Part shown: one piece after another, positions 38,066 through 48,354 of the stretch
How the letters are laid out: the number at the start of each line of letters is the position of its first letter
Numbering within the stretch: the first letter of the stretch is position 1
Notes under the pieces: generated by a model
Told to the model about the DNA's origin: nothing
The model's input: only the letters and a program-made list of their open reading frames with translations
The model's database searches: none
Assembly (NCBI GenBank): GCA_963781885.1
Contig: CAWAHW010000006.1
Coordinates: forward strand, 192,001-256,000
Length of the DNA: 64,000 bases
Direction: 5' to 3'
DNA from: an uncultured Spirochaetota bacterium
GTDB lineage: Bacteria > Spirochaetota > Spirochaetia > SZUA-6 > Fen-1364
Program-made: the position numbers and the translations under genes

Positions 38066-38536
38066 CTATTTCGCGTCCTGGAGGAAATGTTCCAACCCGC
38101 GCCGCGCCTCCGTCCTGACCCTACCGCGGACAAGCGGCGTCCAGCCGAGAAGGAGACCTGTGGGTCCCAGCGCCATGCCGGCCCATTTCCAGAGGTTGAA
38201 CCGGTCCACGTGCCGCACGATCTTGTCGTCCTGAAAGGTGAATGACGCATCAATGACGTTGTGGACCGAACGGCCCGTCTGTGAAAAAGTGTAATCTGCT
38301 TCCCAATGCGCAGTAACTTCTGTGCCGTGGGCCTCGACATCGGAGAAGCTGATTTTCAGCTCCTTCGCACGCGCGCAGAGCATGCGCCACATGCCCATCG
38401 CCTCATTCCCCGAAAGCACGCCGAACACCGGATCGGAGAAGACGACGTGGGGGTGATAGCAGGCGCACATGCCCTCCGCATCCAGGGAGCGGAAGCTTTC
38501 ATAGAAGCGGTTGATGGTCTTCTCGCGGGGGTTCAC
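38066..38536 (-). CDS. NTF2/SnoaL-like family protein
   Basis: FYESFRSLDAEGMCACYHPHVVFSDPVFG...MWRML...HWEADYTFSQTGRSVHNVIDASF. GGAGG RBS before GTG 38536. Confidence 0.88.
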   Translation of the reverse strand: MNPREKTINRFYESFRSLDAEGMCACYHPHVVFSDPVFGVLSGNEAMGMWRMLCARAKELKISFSDVEAHGTEVTAHWEADYTFSQTGRSVHNVIDASFTFQDDKIVRHVDRFNLWKWAGMALGPTGLLLGWTPLVRGRVRTEARRGLEHFLQDAK

Positions 38537-38584
38537 GGGTTCCTCCGCCTCGAATCTACTCACGCGGCCAGCCGGAGGCGACCC

Positions 38585-39250
38585 TCAGAAATAAAAAAAC
38601 AGCGCGTCGAGCGTGCTCCTCAGATCCACGTCGAAATCCCGGACCGAGAGCGCGTCCCATGAGGAAGCCCGCGTGAAAGGATTGTGTGAGATGGCCTCCC
38701 GCGGTATCCAGCCAAGCACGCTGTACAGGTGCCAGGTGCCCTGGCGCACGATCATCTCGTGCACGAATGAAAGCTTCTCTGCCATGGTGCAGAGGTAGAG
38801 GCCGCACGCGTAGGGGCGATGTTCATGGAATGAGCACAGCTTGTCCTTCAGAAAGCGGCACGTGCCATCGTCGTTCCTGGACAGAATGGCGGGCTCGGCA
38901 TTGTTGTATTCATACAGAAGTGTCGCATTCAGCTCTGAGAAGCCGTGCTCCCGGATGAGGTCCCGGATTGCCTTTTCCCTGCGCTCCAGGCTCGGCGCTT
39001 CCGGCAGCACGAGCATCGATTGCGGGAGCTCGTCGATGGTGAGCGATGTCCCCGCCATGAGCCGCGGCAGGTCGAAGCCGAGGACGGGGATATCGTCCCC
39101 GCAGCATTCACCGCAGCCGCGGCAGTGTTTCGTCTTGAGCTCGCAGGTGCCTCTGAAGGCCTCAAGTGTTGCGGCAAGCTCCGGCAGGGTGGCATCGTCG
39201 GAGTATTCTTCAAGCTCGATCTGGTTATCCAGGACGGAGAAGCGAATCAT
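38585..39250 (-). CDS. YkgJ family CxxCxxCC Zn/Fe-chelating protein
   Basis: CRGCGECC and CRFLKDKLCSFHEHRPYACGLYLC motifs. Confidence 0.85.
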   Translation of the reverse strand: MIRFSVLDNQIELEEYSDDATLPELAATLEAFRGTCELKTKHCRGCGECCGDDIPVLGFDLPRLMAGTSLTIDELPQSMLVLPEAPSLERREKAIRDLIREHGFSELNATLLYEYNNAEPAILSRNDDGTCRFLKDKLCSFHEHRPYACGLYLCTMAEKLSFVHEMIVRQGTWHLYSVLGWIPREAISHNPFTRASSWDALSVRDFDVDLRSTLDALFFYF

Positions 39251-39374
39251 GAGCGGCTCATTATGACAGCTTCTGACCAGCGTGGTCAAACGCAGGTGGC
39301 TGTCCGCCTGTTTTGCGCGTTGGCGGTGACAACTGCACTGTTTCAGGGTACTATGGGGCGCGGAGGCGCCGCGC

Positions 39375-39876
39375 ATGACGAAAAAGAGGCTTCTTGTTGT
39401 CGCGATGCTCATCTGTGCCGTCGGAGGGCTTCTTGCCGCCGACCAGAAGCAGATGTACGTCACGGTGAAGACAACCCAGATGCGGGCCACGCCGGGCTAC
39501 CTTGGAAAGCCGCTGGCAAACCTGAACTATGGCGACAAGGTCACCTTGCTCGACCAGCCCGCCGATGCGCCGAAGGACTGGCTGAAGGTCACCGGGCCGG
39601 ACGGGAAGCTCCAGGGCTGGATCAACGCGGCCTCTGTCAGCTCGAAGCAGGTGGCGCTGAAAACGGGCGGCAGCGCCGCGTCGCAATCGGCGTCCAGTGG
39701 TGATGTCGCGCTTGCCGGCAAGGGATTCAACTCCGACGTGGAGCAGCAGTATAAGGACCACGCAGCACCTGGACTACACGTGGGTGGACATGATGGAAAC
39801 ATTCGATGTCACGCCGGCGCAGGTGGCGGCGTTCCTTTCCCAGGGCGGGCTCTCCGAGCAGGGAGGTGCGCAATGA
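39375..39876 (+). CDS. Secreted SH3b-domain protein (one extra base near 39759)
   Basis: Signal peptide and SH3b-like MRATPGYLGK...LNYGDKV...WLKV...GWI. VALAGKGFNSDVEQQYKD continues in the +1 frame as TQHLDYTWVDMME...GGAQ*. Span is 3n+1. Confidence 0.75.
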
Positions 39877-40815
39877 AAGCGTTGCATCGTACCGCGGCGC
39901 TTCTCGGCATATTCTTACTCCTTGCCGGGTGCAGCACCCTCTTCAGCGGCTTCACGCCAAGCAACATACTCGACACCGCCATCGGCGCCGCGGAGGGCAA
40001 CCCTTCCGATACGGCGAAAGTGAACCAGGCCATGCAGGCGGGCAAGGCCGTCCAAAGCGCCGCCACCGATATCACGCCCGACCAGGAGTACTACATCGGG
40101 CGGGCGGTTGCGGCGACCGTGCTCACGACCTACAGCGCCTGGGACAATCCGGCCGCCAATGCCTACCTCAACCGGCTCGGCACGCGGTCTTGCGCTGGCC
40201 TCCGTTCTTCCCGAGACCTACGCGGGGTATCACGTCCTCATCATGGACACCGACGACATCAACGCCTTCGGCGCCCCCAGCGGCTTCATCCTCGTGAGCC
40301 GCGGGCTCCTGCGCTGCGCGACGTCGGAGGACGAGGTGGCAGCCATCCTTGCCCACGAGATCGGGCACGTGTCGCTGAAGCATGGTCTGCACGCCATCAG
40401 CGCCGCCCGCTGGACGGATGCCCTCCTGCAGATCGGCAAGCTCGCCGCGCAGAACTCGGACTCCCAGGTTCTCCGCGATCTCACCAACTCCTTCGGCGGC
40501 GTCATCTCCGACATCGTGAAGACAATGGTGAGCACGGGCTATTCGCGCGAGCTGGAGAAGCAGGCGGACCTGGAGTGCGTGCGGATTCTCCACGACGTCG
40601 GCTACGACCCGATGGCGATGGTGCGCATGCTCACCGCCATGAAGGCGCGGCTGAAACCCGACGGCAAGGACTTCGCGAAGACGCACCCGGCTCCCGACAC
40701 GCGTATTGCCTACATCATGCCGGCCATCGAGGCCCAGACACCCGTTGCGTCACCGACCGCCGCCCAGGCCCGGGCCCGCCAGGTGAGGTACCAGGCGGCC
40801 CTCACCGGCATCTGA
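39873..40815 (+). CDS. M48 family metallopeptidase lipoprotein (one extra base near 40182)
   Basis: Lipobox LAG-C and ITPDQEYYIGRAVAA. Then in the +1 frame INAFGAPSG, LAHEIGH (HExxH), YSRELEKQAD and THPAP. Confidence 0.85.
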
Positions 40816-42979
40816 GTGAGCGACAACCCCGACTCCGCGCGCCGGCTGCGGAAGATCCTCCTCGGGGCCGGCATCGGGGCGGCGGCGGCGCTCCTTGCCG
40901 CGGCCCTCTGGCTGCCGGGCGCGCTCGAGCTCTTCGAGGCCAAGACGTGGGACCTGCGCGCGCGGCTCCTGGCCCGGCCCGGGGCGGCCACGGCGCAGAT
41001 CGTGACCGTCATGATCGATCAGGGCAGCCTCAACTGGGCGAAGGACAACCAGCAGTGGCCGTGGCCGTGGCCGCGGACGGCGTACGCCGCCATCGCCTCG
41101 TTCTGCGCGCGCGGCGGGGCGAAAGCCGTCGTCTTCGACCTGATCTTCACGGAACCATCGGCATTCGGCGTCTCCGACGATGAAACCTTTGCTTCCGGCC
41201 TGAAGGACAACGGGCGGGCCGTCGGTGCCATGAACCTTGCGCGCCTGCAGGGGGAGGGCTCCGCCACCGCATGGCAGGCGGATGTGCCGGCACCCGCCCT
41301 GACCATCGACGGGCTCGACGAATGGGTGAAGCAGGCGCACCCGAAGCGTCTCGCGTTCACCCGCGCCCAGTTCCCGATCCCCGAGCTGTATCTCAATGCC
41401 CGCATGCTCGCGAATACCAATCTTCCTCCCGATCCCGGGGACGGCGTCTATCGTCGCGAGCCGCTCTTCAACACGTTCGACAACCGCATCATGCCCTCTG
41501 AAGCACTTGCCGCGTGGGCGATCGGCGTCGGGGGCCGCGTCAGCATCCGCCCGGGCGCGCTCACCGTCGGGGGGACCACCGTTCCCATCGACCGGGAGGG
41601 GAAGTGCGATCATCCGCTACCGCGGTCCGACGCAGACGCACAAATCGGTAGGCGCGTCGTGGGTCATTTCGGAGGAGGCGCAGATCGAGGCCGGAGCGGA
41701 TATGGCCAAGGACGCGGCCCTGTTCAAGGACAAGTACGTGTTCGTCGGCGTGACCGCACCGGGCGCCCTGGACCTGAAGCCCACCCCGATGTCGGGAAGC
41801 TACCCGGGCATGGAAGTCAATGCGACGATGCTCGACAATCTGCTGTCCGGTGACTTCATGAGCTCCGTTCCCGTCCTGCCGACCATCCTGCTCCTCCTGG
41901 TCCTTTGCCTGGGCGCGGGCATCGCGGTGTCGCTCGTGTCCGGGGCGGGGAGAAACGCCATTGTCTACGTCATCTTCCTGCCGCTCGCACCCGCTCTCGG
42001 CATCGCCGCCTATGCCCTGGGCTCCTGGCTGCAGATGGTGGTGCTGGAGCTCGGGGTCGTGGTCTCCCTGGTGGGATCGAGCCTTGGCAGTTACGCCACC
42101 GAGGGCCAGCAGAAGCGCTACATCAAGAATGCCTTCAAGCAGTACCTGAGCCCCGCGGTGATCGAGCAGCTCATCGCCCATCCCGACCGCCTGACGCTCG
42201 GCGGGGAGAAGCGCGAGCTCACGATCTTCTTCTCCGACGTGCAGGGCTTCACCGGCATCTCGGAAGCCCTCACGCCGGAAGACCTCACGGCGCTCCTGAA
42301 CGAGTACCTCTCCGCGATGGTCGACATCATTCAGGAAGAGGGCGGCACGATCGACAAGTTCGAAGGAGATGCCATCATCGCCTTCTGGAACGCCCCTCTT
42401 GCCCTGGAGGACCACGCCCTGCGCGGCGTGCGCGCGGCCTTGCGCTGCCAGGCGAAGCTCGCCGAGATGCGGCCGTCCGTCAAGGCGCGCATCGGCAAGG
42501 ACATGCGCATGCGCGTCGGCATGAATACGGGGTTTGCCGTTGTCGGCAACATGGGCTCGAAGACCCGATTCGACTACACGATGCTCGGCGACCAGGTGAA
42601 TCTTGCCGCACGACTTGAAGGCATCAACAAGCAGTTCGGAACCTATACGATGATCTCCGGCCCCGTCGTGGCGAAAATCGGGGGGGCCTTTCCCGCGCGC
42701 GAGCTTTCGCGGGTCGCGGTGGTGGGGCGCAAGGAGCCGGTGACGGTCTATGAGCCGATGCTCGCGGAAGAGTACGCGGCGCGCAGGTCGCAGCTTGAGA
42801 CATTCGCCGCCGGTCTTGCGCAGTATTACGCGGGCAGCTTCGTCGAGGCGGAACGCATCTTTGCCAGCGTGGCCGCTGCCGATCCCGCCGCGGAGTCCTA
42901 TGCGCGAAAGTGCAGGCTCCTGGCCGCCGCGCCGCCCGAGGAGGCATGGAACGGCGTCTGGGTCATGACGGAGAAATAG
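40816..42979 (+). CDS. CHASE2-domain class III adenylate cyclase (one extra base near 41600)
   Basis: CHASE2 motifs WPWPRTAYA, VFDLIFTEPS, DGVYRR and YPGMEVNAT. Three TMs. Cyclase motifs FFSDVQGFT, IDKFEGDAI and DYTMLGDQVNLAARLEG. Frameshift at a G-run. Confidence 0.88.
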
Positions 42980-42988
42980 GATCGACGC

Positions 42989-44743
42989 ATGAGAATGTCG
43001 CAGCTCTTCGGCACCACCCTGCGGGAAGCACCCGCGGGAGCGGAAAGCGCCAGCCACGCGCTCCTGGTGCGCGCGGGATTCGTGCGCCAGCTCGGCCAGG
43101 GCCTCTTTTCGTCGCTCCCGCTCGGACGGCGCTCCATGGCGCGCATCGAGGCGATGCTCCGCCGGATGATGGACGGCATCGGCGGCCAGGAGATTTCAAT
43201 GCCCGTGGTGCAGCCCGCGGAGCTCTGGAAGACGTCAGGACGGTGGGACTCCATCGGCCCGGAGATGGCGCGGTTCCGCGATCGGCGCGACCGGGACATG
43301 GCGCTTGCCATGACGCACGAGGAAGCCGTGGTGGACCTCTGCCGCACGGAGATACGCTCCTGGCGCCAGCTTCCGAAGCTCGTCTACCAGATCCAGACGA
43401 AGTTCCGCGACGATCCGCGGCCGCGGGCCGGTCTCATCCGGGTCCGCGAGTTCACCATGAAGGACTCCTACAGCCTCGACGCGGACGAGGCGGGCCTGGA
43501 CGCGCAGTATCGCGCGCATCATGCGGCGTACCTCGCCTTCTATGCACGGTGCGGCCTGCCCGTTGTCGCGGTGGGCTCGGACACCGGCATGATGGGCGGG
43601 AGCATGGCGCACGAGTTCATGTACCTGACGCCGGTGGGCGAGGACACGATCGTACGGTGCGCCGCCTGCGGCTATGCCGCCAACCGACAGGTCGCCCGTT
43701 TCCAGCGCGCCGCCGTGCCGGCCGGCACCGCGCGTCCCGTTGAGAAAATCGCCACGCCGGGATGCACGACGATCGACGACCTTGCGAAGCTGCTCGGCGT
43801 CTCCCGGGCTGCCACGGCAAAGGCGGTTTTCATGGTGGCCTCGGGCGATGCCGAACGCTTCGTTTTCGCCGTGGTGCGCGGCGACAGCGAATGCAGCGAG
43901 ACCAAGCTTGCCGCGGCGGTGCATGCCGATGCCCTGCGCCCTGCCACGGAGGAGGAGATACGCGCCGCGGGCGCCGTGCCGGGCTACGCCTCACCCATCG
44001 GGCTTCCTGCATCCACCCTTGTCGTCGTGGATGAGGCGGTCGCCGGGACGCCCAACCTGGTGGCCGGCGCGAATGAGGAGGGCTACCACCTTCTCCATAC
44101 AAACGTTCCGCGCGACTACAGTCCCACCCTGATCTGCGACATCGCCGCCGCCGCGGAAGGGGATGCCTGCGAGCAGTGCGGGGCGCCGCTTTCACTGGTC
44201 CGCGGGGTGGAGGTGGGCAACATTTTCAAGCTGGGCACCCGCTACAGCACCGCCGCCGGGGCGACATACCAGGACCCCGAGGGGCGGGAGAAGCCCGTCG
44301 TCATGGGCTCCTACGGCATCGGTGTCGGGCGACTGCTTGCCTGCATCGCGGAGGAGCACCACGACGAGCAGGGCTTGTGCTGGCCGGTGAGCGTCGCGCC
44401 ATTCGTGGTGCACGTCATCGCCCTGGGCGCCGCGGGAACGGAGGCGGGCACGGAAGCCGCCCGGTTCACCGACGAGCTGCAAGGCCGCGGCATCGACGTC
44501 CTTTTCGACGACCGTGAGGAGAGCCCCGGCGTGAAGTTCGCCGACGCCGATCTTGTGGGCATCCCGATCCGCATCACCGTGAGCGCCCGCTCCCTCAAAT
44601 CAGGCGGCGTGGAGATGAAGTTGCGCACAGGGCCTGAGAAGATTGTCGTTCCGTCGGCTGAGGCACCGGAGCGTGTCGCCCGCGAGCTGCGTGTGATGCA
44701 GGAAGCACTCGATGCGGCGGCGGAGCGGGCAGGGAAGGCCTGA
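42989..44743 (+). CDS. proS: Proline--tRNA ligase (bacterial type with editing insertion)
   Basis: MRMSQLFGTTLRE, THEE, QIQTKFRD...RVREFTMKDSYS, EVGNIFKLG, MGSYGIGVGR and GVKFADADLVG. Confidence 0.97.
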   Translation: MRMSQLFGTTLREAPAGAESASHALLVRAGFVRQLGQGLFSSLPLGRRSMARIEAMLRRMMDGIGGQEISMPVVQPAELWKTSGRWDSIGPEMARFRDRRDRDMALAMTHEEAVVDLCRTEIRSWRQLPKLVYQIQTKFRDDPRPRAGLIRVREFTMKDSYSLDADEAGLDAQYRAHHAAYLAFYARCGLPVVAVGSDTGMMGGSMAHEFMYLTPVGEDTIVRCAACGYAANRQVARFQRAAVPAGTARPVEKIATPGCTTIDDLAKLLGVSRAATAKAVFMVASGDAERFVFAVVRGDSECSETKLAAAVHADALRPATEEEIRAAGAVPGYASPIGLPASTLVVVDEAVAGTPNLVAGANEEGYHLLHTNVPRDYSPTLICDIAAAAEGDACEQCGAPLSLVRGVEVGNIFKLGTRYSTAAGATYQDPEGREKPVVMGSYGIGVGRLLACIAEEHHDEQGLCWPVSVAPFVVHVIALGAAGTEAGTEAARFTDELQGRGIDVLFDDREESPGVKFADADLVGIPIRITVSARSLKSGGVEMKLRTGPEKIVVPSAEAPERVARELRVMQEALDAAAERAGKA

Positions 44744-44816
44744 GCCCGTCGCGCCTCTTCCGGGACGCGGGGCACCGGCCGACCGCCCGCAAATGCCACG
44801 CGGTACCGTGGCCGCC

Positions 44817-45710
44817 CTAGTGGTTCTGGAGCAGCCCCGCGGCGGTCGTGCCCAGATTGCTTGTGCCTTCCAGGGTCACCACCTTCTGCAGGCTTGCAGT
44901 TGCCTTCTGCTCGTCCCCTGCCCCGCGATAGCCGAGCCCGAGGAGGAAGTAGTAGAGCGACGCCCGTTGCGCATCGTTTGACAGGTCGTTCCCGGGCTGA
45001 TTCAGCCACTGAACCGCCTGTGCGAATGCGAAGGTGTCCTGGTACAACTTCGCCTGCAGCAGGACATAGTCGCCGGACCACGAAGCGCCACCGGCGGGTT
45101 TTGCGCCGGCGATTTGCCTGACCGCGTCAGGCGTGTCGCCGTTCAACGAGTACGCAGAGGCAAGGTAATAGTGCGTTTCAGCGACCTCGTCCCCGGTCGC
45201 GTCATCCAGGGCCTCCGTGAGCTTGCCGACGGCGGCCGTGTAGTCCCCGGATTGGATGTCATCTTTTGCCTGGTCGATGTTTTCCTGGGCGTTTGATTCC
45301 ACCCACTCGGAATCCAGGCTGGCGCTCTCATCCGCCCCGCGCGCGCCCGCCGCCGTGCTCTGATTCTTCACCCTTCCCGCGAGCAGGTAGACAAGCGACG
45401 CCGAGATCGCTTGGACGACGCCTGCCGAACCCAGCTTCTGACGTGCGGCGAGGAGGTCTCCGACGGCATACGTGCCTTTCTGCGTCAGGTAGATGTCCGC
45501 CCCGGCACCCTTGAGCTGCATGGCGGCTCCGGCATCGAGACGCACGCTCGCATCTGAAGAGACCGTGTCTCCGATTGCAAGCGCCTGCCACGAGGAACCG
45601 CTGCGGAGATAGGCAGCACCCTCGACGTAGGACACGCTGAAGGCGGGAGCGGCAAAGACGAAGCCGCGCAGAGTGAAGAACATCACCAGGGAGAAAATGG
45701 ACAATTTCAT
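44817..45710 (-). CDS. Secreted FecR-like/TPR protein
   Basis: Signal peptide and FecR-like beta region (VSYVEG...WQALAIGDTV). AAGARG motif. C-terminal TPRs (YYLASAYSLNG, YFLLGLGYRGAG). Confidence 0.7.
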   Translation of the reverse strand: MKLSIFSLVMFFTLRGFVFAAPAFSVSYVEGAAYLRSGSSWQALAIGDTVSSDASVRLDAGAAMQLKGAGADIYLTQKGTYAVGDLLAARQKLGSAGVVQAISASLVYLLAGRVKNQSTAAGARGADESASLDSEWVESNAQENIDQAKDDIQSGDYTAAVGKLTEALDDATGDEVAETHYYLASAYSLNGDTPDAVRQIAGAKPAGGASWSGDYVLLQAKLYQDTFAFAQAVQWLNQPGNDLSNDAQRASLYYFLLGLGYRGAGDEQKATASLQKVVTLEGTSNLGTTAAGLLQNH

Positions 45711-45833
45711 TTGCTTCCTCGCACTGAAGCCATTGTACACCCCTATCGCCTTCTCCGACAGTGGGGTCAGAGTCTTCTTTCGCGCGCTATTTTGCCGTGC
45801 CTTCGAAAGGCTCGGCGGGGTGGATTGCGTCGT

Positions 45834-46985
45834 TCAATTGAGCGGGGCGACGGCCGTGCGGCACGGCGAAGAGATACCCAGCAGGCGGCATGCGGCATCG
45901 GAGGCGTGCTCGGCCATGAGGCGGAAGGTCGTCAGCTTGCCGCCAACGACCGTGATGAGCCCGTCGATGCCATTCTCCGCCTGGTGATCGATGACATTGA
46001 AATCCCTGCTCCAGAGATGCGGGTCCCCGCCGTCCGGTCCTGGGACCTCTCCGTTATAAAGGGGGCGCACGCCGGCCCAGGAATGCTTGAGGGGGAGCCG
46101 CGCAAGCCCCGGAAGGATCATCGCGACCTGCTCCCGGATGCGGCGGGTCTCCTCCTCCGTCACCTGCGCGTCGTCCGGGTCATCCGTGGGGATGATGGTC
46201 GTCCCGGCAATGCTCACCGAGCCGCGGGGCAGCACGATGTCGCCGTCACCCGGAGGCTGCAGCCGGTTGACCACCCCGCGCACGTGCCGGCCCGCAAAGG
46301 CGAGCATCGCGCCACGAGCGAGCGACAGGCGCATGGCGACCCCCGCGCGACGGGCAAGCTGCGCGGTCCAGGGGCCCGCGGCGATGATCGTCACCCGGCC
46401 GCGCAGCTCGACGGCCGCGCCGGTCCGGGCGTCTTTCAGGCAAGCGCCGACGATGCCGTTCTCATTCAACAATAACCGCTCCACGCCGTGATGGGTGAGT
46501 ATCGATGCACCGTGCGCCTCGGCGCCGCGGGCAAGGAGGGCGCAGAGCGTGAAGGAATTGCAGACGGCGTTGGGAACCTCGAAGGCCTGCACGATGGCGG
46601 GGTTGAGCCCCGGCTCGCGCCGCAGGGCCTCTTCCCGCGGGATGTCGCGGACCGTCACGCCCGCCGCGGCGCACGCGTGCACCCAGGCATCGACGTAGCC
46701 GGGGTCATCGCCGGGAGCAAGGACGAAAAGGCCCGCCGTGTCCGTCACGGCGGCCGCGGCCATTGCCTTCACCGTCGCGCTTTCCCGGGCGCATTCCCGG
46801 GCCGTCTCGGGATCCGTCACCGCATAGCGGCCGCCCGAATGCAGGAGGCCGTGGTAGCGGCCGGTCGTTCCGGCTCCCAGGCCGCCGCGGTCGACGAGCG
46901 TGACGCGCACGCCGCGCAGGCTCAAGTCCCACGCGATGCCGCAACCCGTGGCGCCCCCCCCGATGACAATGGCATCCGTCTGCAT
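45834..46985 (-). CDS. FAD-dependent oxidoreductase, glycerol-3-phosphate dehydrogenase GlpA-like
   Basis: IGGGATG, GTTGRYHGLLHSGGRYAV, WAGVRPL and ITVVGGKLTTFRLMAE. Lacks the C-terminal BFD-like Fe-S extension. Confidence 0.85.
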   Translation of the reverse strand: MQTDAIVIGGGATGCGIAWDLSLRGVRVTLVDRGGLGAGTTGRYHGLLHSGGRYAVTDPETARECARESATVKAMAAAAVTDTAGLFVLAPGDDPGYVDAWVHACAAAGVTVRDIPREEALRREPGLNPAIVQAFEVPNAVCNSFTLCALLARGAEAHGASILTHHGVERLLLNENGIVGACLKDARTGAAVELRGRVTIIAAGPWTAQLARRAGVAMRLSLARGAMLAFAGRHVRGVVNRLQPPGDGDIVLPRGSVSIAGTTIIPTDDPDDAQVTEEETRRIREQVAMILPGLARLPLKHSWAGVRPLYNGEVPGPDGGDPHLWSRDFNVIDHQAENGIDGLITVVGGKLTTFRLMAEHASDAACRLLGISSPCRTAVAPLN

Positions 46986-47098
46986 CCGCCGCCCGTCCCG
47001 CGACGGTCTATCCTTTCTCCGCGGTGAGGGTCAACCCGTTGATGCGAAGGTCCCGGATCGCTACAGTGTCCCCCACCTCGAAAGGAAGGAGCAGGGAA

Positions 47099-48184
47099 AT
47101 GGCGCAAAAGCTCAGGGTCGGTATCGTCGGCGCGACTGGCATGGTGGGCCAGCGATTCGTGACGCTCCTGGCGGATCACCCCTGGTTCGAGGTCGTGACG
47201 GTCGCCGCGAGCGAGCGCTCGGCCGGACGCAGCTACGCGGAGGCCGCGGCGGCGCGGTGGGCAATGAGCGCGCCGGTTCCCGCCTCGATCGGCAGGCTCA
47301 CGGTGAAGAACGCCGCGGCCGTGGAGGAGGTGGCCGCCGGGGTGGACTTCATCTTCTGCGCCGTGGACATGCCGAAGGAGGAGACGCGCGCGCTGGAGGA
47401 CGCCTACGCGAAGGCGGAGACGCCCGTTGTCTCCAACAACTCGGCGCATCGCCTGACGCCCGACGTTCCCATGGTCCTTCCCGAGGTGAACGCGGAGCAC
47501 CTCAGCGTCATTCCCCAGCAGAGAAAGAGGCTGGGCACTACGCGTGGATTCATCACGGTGAAGCCCAACTGCTCCATCCAGAGCTACGTCCCCGCGCTGC
47601 ACGCCCTGCGCGAGTTCGGCATCGAGAAGGTGTTCGTGAGCACCTACCAGGCGATATCGGGCGCCGGCAAGACTTTCAAGGACTGGCCGGAGATGACGGA
47701 CAACGTGATTCCTTACATCGGCGGGGAGGAAGAGAAGAGCGAGAAGGAGCCGTTGAAGGTCTGGGGATCCGTGCACGGCGACGGCATCGTGAACGCGGCG
47801 GGTCCCACGATCAGTAGCCAGTGCATCCGCGTGCCGGTGACCGACGGGCATCTGGCTGCCGTATTTGTCTCCTTCGCGCGCACGCCGACGAAGGAAAGAA
47901 TCCTGGAGCTCTGGAAATGCTGCGAGGGCAAGCCGCAGAAGCTGGGTCTGCCCAGCGCGCCGAAGCCCTTTCTCACGTACTTCACGGACGAAAGCCGGCC
48001 GCAGACGAGGCTTGATCGGGACAACGCGGGGGGAATGGGCATCACCATCGGCAGGCTGCGGGAGGACAAGATCCTCGACTATCGTTTCGTATGCCTGTCG
48101 CACAACACGATCCGCGGCGCCGCGGGAGGGGCCGTCCTGACCGCGGAGCTCCTGAAAGCCGAAGGCTACATCGTTCCAAAATAG
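47099..48184 (+). CDS. asd: Aspartate-semialdehyde dehydrogenase (archaeal/eukaryote-like subtype)
   Basis: GATGMVGQRF, SNNSAHR, KPNCS (catalytic Cys), QAISGAG, RVPVTDGH and SHNTIRGAAGG. Confidence 0.95.
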   Translation: MAQKLRVGIVGATGMVGQRFVTLLADHPWFEVVTVAASERSAGRSYAEAAAARWAMSAPVPASIGRLTVKNAAAVEEVAAGVDFIFCAVDMPKEETRALEDAYAKAETPVVSNNSAHRLTPDVPMVLPEVNAEHLSVIPQQRKRLGTTRGFITVKPNCSIQSYVPALHALREFGIEKVFVSTYQAISGAGKTFKDWPEMTDNVIPYIGGEEEKSEKEPLKVWGSVHGDGIVNAAGPTISSQCIRVPVTDGHLAAVFVSFARTPTKERILELWKCCEGKPQKLGLPSAPKPFLTYFTDESRPQTRLDRDNAGGMGITIGRLREDKILDYRFVCLSHNTIRGAAGGAVLTAELLKAEGYIVPK

Positions 48185-48208
48185 GCCGGAAATTTTTTCC
48201 CAGAGCGC

Positions 48209-48245
48209 TTGACTAGTCTGATATTTTTGTATACTGATATATCAG
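48209..48245 (+). promoter_or_regulatory. Putative promoter with palindromic operator upstream of GntR gene
   Basis: TTGACT 48209 and TATACT 48230 (short 15-nt spacer), overlapped by the perfect palindrome CTGATATATCAG at 48234-48245. Confidence 0.5.
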
Positions 48246-48354
48246 ATTATCATCTGGCGTTTGAACCCGCTCCACCGCATTGGCAGCACTCAGCAGCTAC
48301 AACGGGGCGGGTTTTTTTATTTGCGCGGCCGTGGTACTATCGGCTTCTTGTATC

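Noticed and set aside
39375-41183. 602-aa ORF as a single SH3-fusion protein
   Set aside because: It is a chimera made by two frameshifts joining the SH3 gene, the M48 N-terminus and out-of-frame sequence.
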